This document shows, one piece after another, positions 43,852-53,649 of a DNA stretch of 60,441 bases. How positions within the stretch are numbered: position 1 is the first letter of the stretch; each line of letters starts with the position of its first letter. Made by a program: the position numbers and the translations under genes. The notes beneath the pieces are model-generated. The model saw only the letters and a program-made list of their open reading frames with translations. It was not told the origin of the DNA and made no database searches. Source of the DNA: a virus (lineage: Duplodnaviria; Caudoviricetes); IMG/VR virus record IMGVR_UViG_3300028835_000118, positions 1 to 60,441 of that record; one strand, 5' to 3'.

Positions 43852-45000
43852 TTATTTACTTTTTTTACTTTTAATTTTGAGTCCTCTTCCCTCACTAGGG
43901 TTAAGAGCTCTAATTGTCATACCATCCTTCTTCGTAACTTGAGGTGTATTCCTCGTAGACATATTGACATTTTTAATTTTCTTTGTCACATCTGTCGTTG
44001 CGTCAGCTAAACCTTGTTCATAAAAGAACTTGGCAAACCTTTCAGGATTTTGAGCAACGGATGCAGCTCTATGGTAACCTACTGCGTCTTTAATTAAACC
44101 TGTCTCTGTATCAAGAAATCTTTTTACAAAATTTGTTGAATCAGAATTTAAGGCTTTCATCTCCGACACATTCGTAGAAGGTAAAAAAGTAATCACTTTG
44201 TCTTCACCAACTTTGAAGTCAAAACCTTTGAACTCCGGGGAAAAAACAGAATCGGTTTCTTTTAAAAACCATTCTCGTTTCCTTTTTGCTTCCTCTTCAT
44301 AGGTCTGAGCATCCTTTACATATTGATTATAAGCTTCAATTGCTTTTTGTTGCTCTTCAGAAATAGATGCCGGACTTGACTCAAGTGGCTCTTTATACAT
44401 TTCTTTTTGAGCTTCGAAAAACTTTCTTGCTTTACCAATCTCTTTTTTAAAAGCTAACTTCTTTTTCTTTATTACGTTTTCTTCATCAACATCTGCATCA
44501 TATGCAAAGTCTTCAAGCATGTAATTAATATCATCTCCATCTAATGAATCTTCAGTAGCATGATAATATTCTCTAAGAAGCTGCTTTTCATCCATAGCTT
44601 TAAAGTCTCTATTCAACTTTGAATAGTCTTCAAAACTACGTCCTGTCTTTTTTCTATACTCCAAATATGCAGCAACGTCTTCAGGTATTTCTTGGTTTGC
44701 TTCTTTTTCAGCAAACAAATCTGAAACTGATGCAACATCTTTGTCGTATCTATTCTTAATAAACGAAAGAACATCTTCCTCTTTTAACTCTGAGGATTGA
44801 GTAACTTCTTCAGGTGCTTCACCTTCCGGCTGCACACTTTCTTCAACTTGTGGAGTAGGCTCGCTAGCTGTGCTTGCATCTGCTTCTTCCACTTTTGGTG
44901 CTGCTTCTTCTTTAGCTGCAGCATTATCAAGAACTTCTTGTTCTTTTTGAGCTATGGATTTTTCCTCCACAGACCCAAGGTCTTTTACTTTTATTTCCAT
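43852..45000 (-). CDS. Capsid scaffolding protein (putative)
   Basis: Acidic, helical, basic C-terminus; lies between portal and capsid genes. Confidence 0.7.
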   Translation of the reverse strand: MEIKVKDLGSVEEKSIAQKEQEVLDNAAAKEEAAPKVEEADASTASEPTPQVEESVQPEGEAPEEVTQSSELKEEDVLSFIKNRYDKDVASVSDLFAEKEANQEIPEDVAAYLEYRKKTGRSFEDYSKLNRDFKAMDEKQLLREYYHATEDSLDGDDINYMLEDFAYDADVDEENVIKKKKLAFKKEIGKARKFFEAQKEMYKEPLESSPASISEEQQKAIEAYNQYVKDAQTYEEEAKRKREWFLKETDSVFSPEFKGFDFKVGEDKVITFLPSTNVSEMKALNSDSTNFVKRFLDTETGLIKDAVGYHRAASVAQNPERFAKFFYEQGLADATTDVTKKIKNVNMSTRNTPQVTKKDGMTIRALNPSEGRGLKIKSKKSK

Positions 45001-45151
45001 TAGATTAAATTTTATACAAAGTTAATAAATATTTTTCGTTCAAATTATTTACTATCTAGGGTCAAATTCTGCCAAGTCGAATCCGTCTAGACTATCCTCA
45101 TTTGATTCAAAATTTTGAGGTGGTAAATTATTTTTACGTTGAGCAATCATT

Positions 45152-47410
45152 TTAGATTGTTCTACCACGAAGCTGTTGATTATAATTAAACTCTTCTTCC
45201 ATTAGTTTACTTTTCAATGCAGCTTCATTGTTCATCTTTTCTATTTCAAAAGCAATCTCAGCTTGTTTAAGTTGCATCTTGCCTTGTATTTCTTGTTGTG
45301 ACTTTTGCATTGCCATTTGTGCAGCCATCTGTTGTGATTGCATTTGAGCTTGAGCTTGAGCTTGTTGCTGTTGCATTTTCATTTTCTGCTCTTGTTCTGC
45401 TTTTTGTTTACGTTTCAATTTCAATAATTGATTCGCTAGCTTGAGATTCTTTAACTCTCTTATGTCAATTGCATCTTCTAGGTTTATATCATTTTTAGAT
45501 AAAGCCATTTGGATGTTTTGCTCTAACTGTTGTCTTTGCTCTTCATCCGGTGCTACATCAATAAAGATTCCAAAATCATATATATATAAGTCTGAGATAT
45601 CATTCAAAATACTTACATTGTATTTACCAATCTTATTTATAAAGTCATCTTTAAAATCTGAATACTCAAGAATGTCAGCTACTCTGTAAGTTAAAGCTTC
45701 GGCTACACTTCTATAGATATATAGTGCTCCGTCAAGAATATGACGAGTAGCTACATTAGAGTTTAGTGCTGCAAGTTTTTGTAAACCTACTAAAGAGTTA
45801 GGGTCAGGTATACTTGCGTCTCGAGCTTCATTTAAACCTGTTACTTGCCTAATCATTCCTAGATAATGATTATAGTTAGCAATTAACATTTGTGCTTTAG
45901 AGGCACCTGAACTACTAGAAATTTCTTTAATCGGAACTCTACCTTGATTAAACTCTCCATCCTGAGTATAACTTCTACCAATAACAGAACCTGTTTGAAA
46001 ATACAAACGTAATGCATCTTCCGGATTGTAAGCGTTTCCTGTCCCAAGGTCTACTTCATTTAATCCATCTGCATCTATATATACACCATCCGGTACAGTT
46101 CGTGCTATTACTTGCTGAAGTTTTAAATGAGTCATTTGTATTAAATCAGCAAATGGAATCATTCTTCTAACTAATGATTCAACCACTCCTTTGTACATTC
46201 TTGGAGCTACAGCCACATAGTTTGGTAATGCATGTTGAGAAGCAGACTTAGGTCTAACCATATTATGAGCCAACTCCCATTTTAATAAAATGTTTGTACC
46301 CATAACCATTACTCCATCATACCATACATCAATAGTTTTTTCTAGCTTTTCAAAGTTACCTTCTTCCATAACCTCTACAGGTGGATTAAATTGGTCATCC
46401 TTTTCAATAACCTTATTACCACCGGTAGCTAATATTTTTTTCTTATATACTATTTTTTTAGTTGTCTTATAGTTAAAGTAAAGTAAAGTACAGGTATCTC
46501 TATAAAACATATCGTTTTCATAGTATTGAGCTACATTGTAATAGTCATACCAATTCTGACTATACTTGCTTATCTCATCTAAATCTTCATTAGTTAAAGA
46601 TGGGTCTATCTTCATCAACTCAATAATAGGAAGAGTCTTAACTTCTCCCCAATAAAAACAATCTTTAAAGTGAGGGTCTTCCGTATAACTATATACTATA
46701 TTTGCAGGGTCAACATATTTAACTTCAACTCCTGCTCCCGGTAAGAACTCATGTTTAGTAACTGCGATACCTAAAACGGTTAAGTCATAGTCTAATCTTT
46801 TTCTTAAATCTATATAGTGGTTCTCCTCAAAGATTGTATTGATAGCTTCTTCTTCTGCAATTTCAATTGCCGGTTTATAGTTAAGCTCCATGTATAAAGA
46901 TAACTCCTCATCGGATTGAGGTAGCTGTTCAGGTGAAACCATAAACGGGTCAAAGCCTGAGTTTGCCTGTAAGCTTTGTAAGAAATCTTTTGAAACCATT
47001 TGAGCCTCTACCATATCTTGATACTTGCTCCTTTTGGATTGTGACATTGCGTCTTGCGCATATGCCTTAACCTTGAATAACCTGTCGGACATTCCGTTGA
47101 CAACTATATCTACAAACTTAGGAATGACAGGAACCGGTGTCCAATCTAAGTTTAAATAACTTAAATCTCCATCGATAGCTAATTCATTCTTGTATTTCCC
47201 TACAGATTGTTCTCCTCTTGCGTATAGCCGAAGTCTATGGAATTGTCTGAATTGGTCATAGAATCTACAACTAACCCCATCCCTACGGAACCATTCGTAT
47301 TGTATTGCTTGACCTATTTGCAAGCCATACTCCTGAGTTTCTTTTTCTGCGTCAGATACAAATTGACTTGGGAAAGCTGCTTCGGTTATGTTTACTTTTA
47401 CATCTTTCAT
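45152..47410 (-). CDS. Portal protein (C-terminus apparently frameshifted)
   Basis: Follows the terminase; IPKFVDIVVNG; Q-rich coiled-coil end. Confidence 0.8.
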   Translation of the reverse strand: MKDVKVNITEAAFPSQFVSDAEKETQEYGLQIGQAIQYEWFRRDGVSCRFYDQFRQFHRLRLYARGEQSVGKYKNELAIDGDLSYLNLDWTPVPVIPKFVDIVVNGMSDRLFKVKAYAQDAMSQSKRSKYQDMVEAQMVSKDFLQSLQANSGFDPFMVSPEQLPQSDEELSLYMELNYKPAIEIAEEEAINTIFEENHYIDLRKRLDYDLTVLGIAVTKHEFLPGAGVEVKYVDPANIVYSYTEDPHFKDCFYWGEVKTLPIIELMKIDPSLTNEDLDEISKYSQNWYDYYNVAQYYENDMFYRDTCTLLYFNYKTTKKIVYKKKILATGGNKVIEKDDQFNPPVEVMEEGNFEKLEKTIDVWYDGVMVMGTNILLKWELAHNMVRPKSASQHALPNYVAVAPRMYKGVVESLVRRMIPFADLIQMTHLKLQQVIARTVPDGVYIDADGLNEVDLGTGNAYNPEDALRLYFQTGSVIGRSYTQDGEFNQGRVPIKEISSSSGASKAQMLIANYNHYLGMIRQVTGLNEARDASIPDPNSLVGLQKLAALNSNVATRHILDGALYIYRSVAEALTYRVADILEYSDFKDDFINKIGKYNVSILNDISDLYIYDFGIFIDVAPDEEQRQQLEQNIQMALSKNDINLEDAIDIRELKNLKLANQLLKLKRKQKAEQEQKMKMQQQQAQAQAQMQSQQMAAQMAMQKSQQEIQGKMQLKQAEIAFEIEKMNNEAALKSKLMEEEFNYNQQLRGRTI

Positions 47411-49629
47411 CTAATTAATTCGCTTTGTATGCCGGTATTAGTATACCTTGCAAAGTTAAGTTTTATTTTTGAATCTTTTCTTTCAGGCACATACAAATGC
47501 TTCTGACAAGCCATTATAGCTAAACCTGAGCTAATACTAGCATCATACTTAGTTCTATGGTTAATATCAAACTTTGCCCAATCTAAAAGAGTTCTATTAA
47601 AAGGCATAGTCCCCATCTCGTCTTGTGGTCTAAAGATGTTTTCAAAATCAATTCCAATATGTTTTTCAATATAAGATTCGAGGGCAGCAGCATGTGCTTG
47701 CTTTACTTCCTCACTTGTGTTTGGAATACCCCCTAATTCTTTTTCGGTTTTAGATAATTTATTAAACTGTTTGTCAGGTCGATTCATACAATACTTTCTA
47801 TATCCTCTATTTTTAAAATGGTATAACAGTCTAGGTTTATTATTTTCTATTAAGATTGGCATACCATAAAATACACAAGCCATTAGAACATCTTCAAAAA
47901 ATATTTCAGCAGTTTGTGGTCTTGCAATATACTCCAAAAAAAACTCATTACTTGGAGCATCATCTACGTTGAACTTTGTTAGTCCGTGTAAAGCTCCATT
48001 AGAACCACCACCACCAACTACTCCACTAATATCATAGGAGTCACAACCAAAAGCACCTAAGTGTTCGTTGCCGGGAATCTTTAGTCCGTTTCTTTCATGA
48101 GCATGGTTTTGAATATTAGCTGAAGGCAACCACGAAATATTAAACCTTCCCTTTTTGTCCGGAATCCATATTACTTGTGAATCTTTAATTCCATCCTTCC
48201 ATACAAATTTACCTGTAGTGATGTGGTGCTCCTTAATCATAGAGTCATTATAATCTATTTGCTGATATAACTTACTTAGATTAAATATAGATGAAACACT
48301 TTCATCTCTGAATGCGTGAGCTGTGGTTCTAGGAAACTGTCTATAAAATTCATTTAGATTATCAGGGTCTGACTTTAACGAGTCAACCTCACCCTTCCAA
48401 TACTCTATAGCACTTGTATATATAGGCTGTCCATCCACTCCTTCTGCTTCTACTTTTGGAACTTCTAGAACAGGCATTCCATACCTATCAATAAACCCCT
48501 CCATATTCCACTCCATAGGAATAAACAAATTATATAATCCACTTTTAGTCTGACCATTAGCATTTCTTTCCGATGCAATAGAATCATCAAATAGCTTTTT
48601 AAAATTACTCCCTCCTTTTTCTAAAGCATTAGATGTAGAACCCATCATACATTTGCCGATAATTTTACTACCTAATCTTAAACAAGTTTTAGTTACATTC
48701 CAATTGTTTAAAATGTTATTTGGCTTTACCCACTTACCACTTTCATCGTGTACTAAAAGCAAAAGCTTCTCTCCATCATAAGAGTTGTCGTCAGTATTTT
48801 TCCAATCAATAGTAGTATCTAATCCCTGCATATCATCTTCAAAAACCTCGTGCATGTTTTTCTTGGTAATCTTAGATGCCGGAACCCTATACGCAAGTTC
48901 CGATTTAGGCTTATCCATTCCGTCTTGAATAGGTTTAAAAAAGAAAGGAAGTCGATTGGAGATTGGCACTACCTTATCGGTAAACATCTTTTTAGCATCA
49001 GCACCTGTCTTAGATAGTATTCCTATTCTTGAATCTTTAGCTAAGGTTGCTGTATTAACACATTCAGAAGAACCCATAAACGAAAATCCTGAACGTCTTA
49101 TTTTAAGATATATCATTCCATAACTTCTTGGGTCAGCTTTGCAGGCTTCCCAAAAAATAAAGAATGCTCTATTAGCTTCACGATAGTCAGGATAACCTAC
49201 GTCAATTTTAGTCCATTGAAGATACATATAATGTGAGCCTGTAATATAAGTAGGCACACCTCTATTCATAAACCAATATCCTTGTTCTCTATAATCAAAC
49301 TCTTGTTCTATGTAATCAACATATTTATCTTTGAATGAGTTAGGCATTTCATTCCATTGAAATATAGATTTAATTCTAGATAAGTTTTTAGGCAGCTCTT
49401 GTCTTTCCCAATATTGTTTTAATTTACTTTCATGTCTTTTGTAAACTTCTTTAGGAATTTTAGGTAGTGCTATTTTTAAATCAGAGATTTTTACAATCTC
49501 ACCTATCTGACCATTCTTTGAGATAATTACTATATCATATTTTTTATCATAACCATACAGCCAACTTCTAGCTCTGTTTTTATTAGAGACTACGTTTTTA
49601 GGTATATAGCTTTTTAATACTTCAATCAT
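47407..49629 (-). CDS. terL: Terminase large subunit
   Basis: LKIRRSGFS Walker A, LVHDESGK Walker B, GSTS, GCDSYD nuclease motif, YDASISSG. Confidence 0.9.
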   Translation of the reverse strand: MIEVLKSYIPKNVVSNKNRARSWLYGYDKKYDIVIISKNGQIGEIVKISDLKIALPKIPKEVYKRHESKLKQYWERQELPKNLSRIKSIFQWNEMPNSFKDKYVDYIEQEFDYREQGYWFMNRGVPTYITGSHYMYLQWTKIDVGYPDYREANRAFFIFWEACKADPRSYGMIYLKIRRSGFSFMGSSECVNTATLAKDSRIGILSKTGADAKKMFTDKVVPISNRLPFFFKPIQDGMDKPKSELAYRVPASKITKKNMHEVFEDDMQGLDTTIDWKNTDDNSYDGEKLLLLVHDESGKWVKPNNILNNWNVTKTCLRLGSKIIGKCMMGSTSNALEKGGSNFKKLFDDSIASERNANGQTKSGLYNLFIPMEWNMEGFIDRYGMPVLEVPKVEAEGVDGQPIYTSAIEYWKGEVDSLKSDPDNLNEFYRQFPRTTAHAFRDESVSSIFNLSKLYQQIDYNDSMIKEHHITTGKFVWKDGIKDSQVIWIPDKKGRFNISWLPSANIQNHAHERNGLKIPGNEHLGAFGCDSYDISGVVGGGGSNGALHGLTKFNVDDAPSNEFFLEYIARPQTAEIFFEDVLMACVFYGMPILIENNKPRLLYHFKNRGYRKYCMNRPDKQFNKLSKTEKELGGIPNTSEEVKQAHAAALESYIEKHIGIDFENIFRPQDEMGTMPFNRTLLDWAKFDINHRTKYDASISSGLAIMACQKHLYVPERKDSKIKLNFARYTNTGIQSELIR

Positions 49630-49898
49630 TTAGAACGGCTTTCTGCAAATCCTTGTTTAGACCTCGGCTTTCCTTCCCCCATTTCAATAGCTTCCTTTTC
49701 AGCTTCTATGCGTGTAAGTATTTCAAACGCATCGAAGATGGCTAATTTTTTTGTAGCTGCAGCATTCTTTAATCTATCAGCAGCTAAGTCATCATCATTA
49801 TCTAATTTTATAATATCTTCTTTAGCAACTTTAATAAGTTGCTCTACTGCTCTATATCCGGCATTTATTATCTTAAGTTTAGTCTCTTTTAGATTCAT
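49626..49898 (-). CDS. Putative terminase small subunit
   Basis: Small helical ORF overlapping the terL start. Confidence 0.45.
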   Translation of the reverse strand: MNLKETKLKIINAGYRAVEQLIKVAKEDIIKLDNDDDLAADRLKNAAATKKLAIFDAFEILTRIEAEKEAIEMGEGKPRSKQGFAESRSK

Positions 49899-50454
49899 AA
49901 GCTATTATATTTTTAGAACGAATACGATAAAGTATTCTGTCATCTAATCTAAATTCATATTCAGAGTCAGGCATAAAAGTAACTATATCTCCTTGTTTTA
50001 TTCCCTGACTATCAATTGAGGGACAAGTATATTCCATCACCCCCATTAAAGGTTCATTAGTTATATTCTTATATATATATGTATCAATTTTTGGCAATGG
50101 TGCTACAAAACAAAAAGGCTCAACAGCTATCCATTGAGTCATTTTTTTATACATAAAATATTGAGTGTCGTCTACAAAAAACTTGTTATCACGAAAAAAA
50201 CTTTTGCCACTTTGCCTTCTTCCATGCATATCATTAAAGAATTTAAAAACATTGTGATGAACTAAAATAGTATCACCTTCTTCAATGGGTCCTTGATAAT
50301 CAATCGGTGTGGAAAAAACAACAGCCTCACGGTTTGAAAAAGAATGTGATTCTTCTGAGGAATCTAAAATAACTTGAGTACCTCCTATATCTTTTATATT
50401 GTCGTACCTTCTGTCATTTTTAGGGACAACTATAAATTGATTGGGTGACTTCAT
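49879..50454 (-). CDS. Tandem GroES-like domain protein
   Basis: Two repeats: FIVVP..GGTQVIL..IEEGDTILV and FVAP..GIKQGDIVTF..EFRLDDRILYRIRSKNII. Confidence 0.6.
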   Translation of the reverse strand: MKSPNQFIVVPKNDRRYDNIKDIGGTQVILDSSEESHSFSNREAVVFSTPIDYQGPIEEGDTILVHHNVFKFFNDMHGRRQSGKSFFRDNKFFVDDTQYFMYKKMTQWIAVEPFCFVAPLPKIDTYIYKNITNEPLMGVMEYTCPSIDSQGIKQGDIVTFMPDSEYEFRLDDRILYRIRSKNIIAYESKRD

Positions 50455-50468
50455 TATATTTCATTTGA

Positions 50469-50699
50469 TTAAAAGTGGATATTAAATTCTAGAGATATAG
50501 GCATAGTTCCATTAAATTGTTTCCACAACAGAACTTCTTGCTCATCTTTATCTTCTATGTAGATTTGATAAGCATCCTGTGCATCGCTATATTTAATTAA
50601 GTGAATAGTATGCCTACCATTAAGAACTGATTGACCTACCAAATAGTGCATTCCTCCTGATTTATAATCAGGACCTATAGAAATTTTTCTTATTTCCAT
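50469..50699 (-). CDS. Hypothetical protein (MEIRKISIGPDYK..)
   Basis: Likely start at the internal ATG. Confidence 0.7.
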   Translation of the reverse strand: MEIRKISIGPDYKSGGMHYLVGQSVLNGRHTIHLIKYSDAQDAYQIYIEDKDEQEVLLWKQFNGTMPISLEFNIHF

Positions 50700-50709
50700 T
50701 TGATTAAAA

Positions 50710-52443
50710 TTACTTTCCTGCCTTACACTCGTCAAGCTCTGCCTTGAGTTCTTGAATAGCTTTTACTAACACAGGTATAAGTGCTGCGTTACCAACTTCC
50801 CAAGCGTCAGGATTATTTTTATTTACTAAAGAGGGTAATATATCTTCTGCTTCCCACTCTTGAACAGTCTCATCAATTTCTTGAGCTACAAAGCCGGAAC
50901 CTTTTTTACCCTTCATAGTTCCATCTCTTCTTTCCCAATCCCATGATACAGGTTCTAAGTCCATTATAAAATCTAGACCACAAGATAATTCTTCAATGTT
51001 ATCTTTATCTCTTACATCAGAAAGACCTGAAATAACCGGAGTGTTACATCTTAAAGTTGTAACTGCATTATCTCCTAATACTATCTCATCATTGGCTTGT
51101 GGTTGAGAGTTATGTCCTACAGAAGTTGTGTTACTAAAGTTTACATTCGTAGAACCTGCTGCTTTACCAACAGCCGTATTATTAGTAGCAGTTGTCATTT
51201 GCTGTAACGCATCATTACCTATAGCTACATTAAAGTCTCCACCTGTCTGACTCTGTAAAGAGTTTACACCCACGGCTGTATTATAAAACCCTAGGTTTGA
51301 TGCAGCGTTGGAGTTTTGCCCAATCCCTACATTACCTACGCCTTCTGCTTCAGCTCCTGCGTCTGACCCTATATATATGTTATGCTCATAAGCTACAACA
51401 TTATTATTAGCACCTGCCCAACCTGCTCGATATCCAATTAAAACATTATCATTGATAGGCTGTCCATTAGGACTGTTACCAAGTCCTAAATTAAGTGCAG
51501 CTCTAGAGCCAAGGACTGTATTCCTTTGATTTGCATTCTGAACATTAGTGCTCTGATTTGAATTCGCCATAGCAAACGTACCGATAAAAACATTTTCAGA
51601 TACTAACTCGTCACCTATTTGGGCTCCAACTCCATATCCAATAGCTACCGTTTCATTTAATCTTGTTTCAATTAATCCTCCACCTCCTGAATAGTTTAAA
51701 TCTTTAAAGACATCTCTACCTATCACTACACTTTGAAGAACCTCCTCAGCTTGCTGAAGACAAGAACGACCTATAACAATCGTGTCTTGTATCTCTTTAG
51801 GACCTGAAGCTGTAAAGTCACCGAGCACTATAGTGTCCTCACAAATGGATAAATCGTTTGACAAGGAAGCATGTCCTATAGCAATAATTCCATCAAAATT
51901 TCCTGTAGCATTATTACCTGTATTTCTACCAATCATAACGGTATTTAATATACTTCCGGCATTAGATGCAAGACCTTGACCCAAGGCTTCCATAGATGTT
52001 ACACCTGTGGCAATGTCTGCAATATTTTTACCCACCAAAGTTACATTTTGAGGGTTAGCAATTCCTGTGAAGTTAATATCTTGTCCATACATAATTGAGT
52101 TGCTATGAATCTGCTCTATGTTAGAACCAATATTTAAGGAGTCTTTATCATTAATAGATGATGCTGTTAATGACATTGTCCCGTCAATAACTACAGTATC
52201 TTCATTAACTGAACCTAACCCACCTTGTATATACGATAGCTTATCTGTGTCTACACCTATACCTGCAGCGTCACCATAAAGCAACTTTGTAGGTAAAATT
52301 TTAACATCAGTAGGAACTAAATCGATTATACTCTGAACTGTAATGTTCTTAGTAACATCCGGTGGAGTACCGTTGACTTGTGTGATTATAATTTTATCTC
52401 CACCTACGGGATTTACTACGGGGTATAGTTCTATTTTACTCAT
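50710..52443 (-). CDS. Tail fiber/spike with a C-terminal intramolecular chaperone (peptidase S74)
   Basis: N-x-A-I/V-G beta-helix repeats; SDVRDKDNI..GFVAQE..LVKAIQEL. Confidence 0.85.
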   Translation of the reverse strand: MSKIELYPVVNPVGGDKIIITQVNGTPPDVTKNITVQSIIDLVPTDVKILPTKLLYGDAAGIGVDTDKLSYIQGGLGSVNEDTVVIDGTMSLTASSINDKDSLNIGSNIEQIHSNSIMYGQDINFTGIANPQNVTLVGKNIADIATGVTSMEALGQGLASNAGSILNTVMIGRNTGNNATGNFDGIIAIGHASLSNDLSICEDTIVLGDFTASGPKEIQDTIVIGRSCLQQAEEVLQSVVIGRDVFKDLNYSGGGGLIETRLNETVAIGYGVGAQIGDELVSENVFIGTFAMANSNQSTNVQNANQRNTVLGSRAALNLGLGNSPNGQPINDNVLIGYRAGWAGANNNVVAYEHNIYIGSDAGAEAEGVGNVGIGQNSNAASNLGFYNTAVGVNSLQSQTGGDFNVAIGNDALQQMTTATNNTAVGKAAGSTNVNFSNTTSVGHNSQPQANDEIVLGDNAVTTLRCNTPVISGLSDVRDKDNIEELSCGLDFIMDLEPVSWDWERRDGTMKGKKGSGFVAQEIDETVQEWEAEDILPSLVNKNNPDAWEVGNAALIPVLVKAIQELKAELDECKAGK

Positions 52444-52678
52444 CTGTCTTTTGTTTTACAATTCCTGTATTCATATTGATAATGGAATCTTGTCCATATT
52501 TTTCAATTAGTTTATTTTCCATCTGAGCAAACGCTTGTTGTAGTTTGGTTACAGAGTCAAATAAACTTTTCTTTTGCAGTTCTAAATCACCTATGGCTAA
52601 TTTATATCTATCTAATTCAAGCTTTGCTTCTTTTAGTTCTGCTAATTCTTTTTCTTCTAGTTTTACTTCTTTACTCAT
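52436..52678 (-). CDS. Coiled-coil hypothetical protein
   Basis: 80-aa ORF; -7 box at 52699-52706. Confidence 0.7.
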   Translation of the reverse strand: MSKEVKLEEKELAELKEAKLELDRYKLAIGDLELQKKSLFDSVTKLQQAFAQMENKLIEKYGQDSIINMNTGIVKQKTDE

Positions 52679-52706
52679 TTTATTAAATTTTATTTATACA
52701 AAGATA

Positions 52707-53114
52707 CTATTTTTTATTTTTACCTTGTTTTATCTTTTCAAAACTACGCCCACCAAAGTAAGCTGAAATTACGGTAATTAAAGTAAGCTGCAAAAGGTCT
52801 GTCCATTTGTCTTCTACTTCAAATGTTATCATGCCTGCGTCAATAAATATCATTACCACCGTAGACACCACAAGAAACAATAATACTATAGGTCTTATGT
52901 TTTGTGTTAGTTTGGATGCTGAGTTGTCCGAAACCCAACGGTCAGTTATATTCTTTTCTATATCAGCCTCATGTTTCATAAAGAGCTGTGTCATTTCTTT
53001 TTCGAATTCATCTCGCTCATCAGGAGTTCTTACAAACTTATCTACTATTCCTGAAAGCCCATCAGCTACATTGCTAGCTGCACCCCCAAATATTTTACCT
53101 AATATATCTTTCAT
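52707..53114 (-). CDS. Holin (3TM/GTA-holin-like)
   Basis: RW.SD..LTQNIRP followed by TM segments and YFGGRSFEK; adjacent to the amidase. Confidence 0.8.
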   Translation of the reverse strand: MKDILGKIFGGAASNVADGLSGIVDKFVRTPDERDEFEKEMTQLFMKHEADIEKNITDRWVSDNSASKLTQNIRPIVLLFLVVSTVVMIFIDAGMITFEVEDKWTDLLQLTLITVISAYFGGRSFEKIKQGKNKK

Positions 53115-53530
53115 AATGTTTCATATTCTTTAGTGGCATCAAAACTTGGACAAGCTTTATTAGCAAAATCTCTATGTCCATGAATCTTTGCTTTAGGTTG
53201 TAATAATTTTAAAAAGTATAATAGATACTCTAAAGCTTCTTTTTGTTTTTGAGTCCTAGTATCCTTTGGAGTCTTTCCATCTTTTTCAACTCCACCGATA
53301 TAACACACTCCCCACGACTTGCAATTAATTCCTTTTGTGTGAGCTCCACACTCATCAATCTTTCTTCCGGTTTCTATTTTACCATCCATCAAAACAATAA
53401 AATGATATCCGTTTCCTTTCCATCCCCTAGCCTTATGCCATCTATCTATTACTTCTGCATTTACTGAGTCGTCTCCTTCTCTTGTTGCAGAACAATGTAC
53501 TATTATTTTTTCTACGTCTTGTGCTTTCAT
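53111..53530 (-). CDS. Endolysin, N-acetylmuramoyl-L-alanine amidase (T7 lysozyme-like)
   Basis: IVHCSAT, GYHF, GAH, GHRD, KACPSFD. Confidence 0.92.
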   Translation of the reverse strand: MKAQDVEKIIVHCSATREGDDSVNAEVIDRWHKARGWKGNGYHFIVLMDGKIETGRKIDECGAHTKGINCKSWGVCYIGGVEKDGKTPKDTRTQKQKEALEYLLYFLKLLQPKAKIHGHRDFANKACPSFDATKEYETL

Positions 53531-53649
53531 CTTCCTTGTCCTTTATATGGTTTCTTATATCCTGTTTGCCCTCTACTAGCATTCTTGCTATGAGGGTGGG
53601 ATTTACGTTTTGGTTTTACATATGTTACTACGTTTGCTCTTCTTGCCAT
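53527..53649 (-). CDS. Small basic protein (40 aa) ending in KPYKGQGR
   Basis: Manual translation MARRANVVTYVKPKRKSHPHSKNASRGQTGYKKPYKGQGR; coupled to both neighbours. Confidence 0.7.
   Translation of the reverse strand: MARRANVVTYVKPKRKSHPHSKNASRGQTGYKKPYKGQGR

Noticed and set aside
19268-49629. Stop-codon reassignment
   Set aside because: Long genes are intact in the standard code, TAG, TGA and TAA all act as stops, and there is no clear suppressor tRNA.
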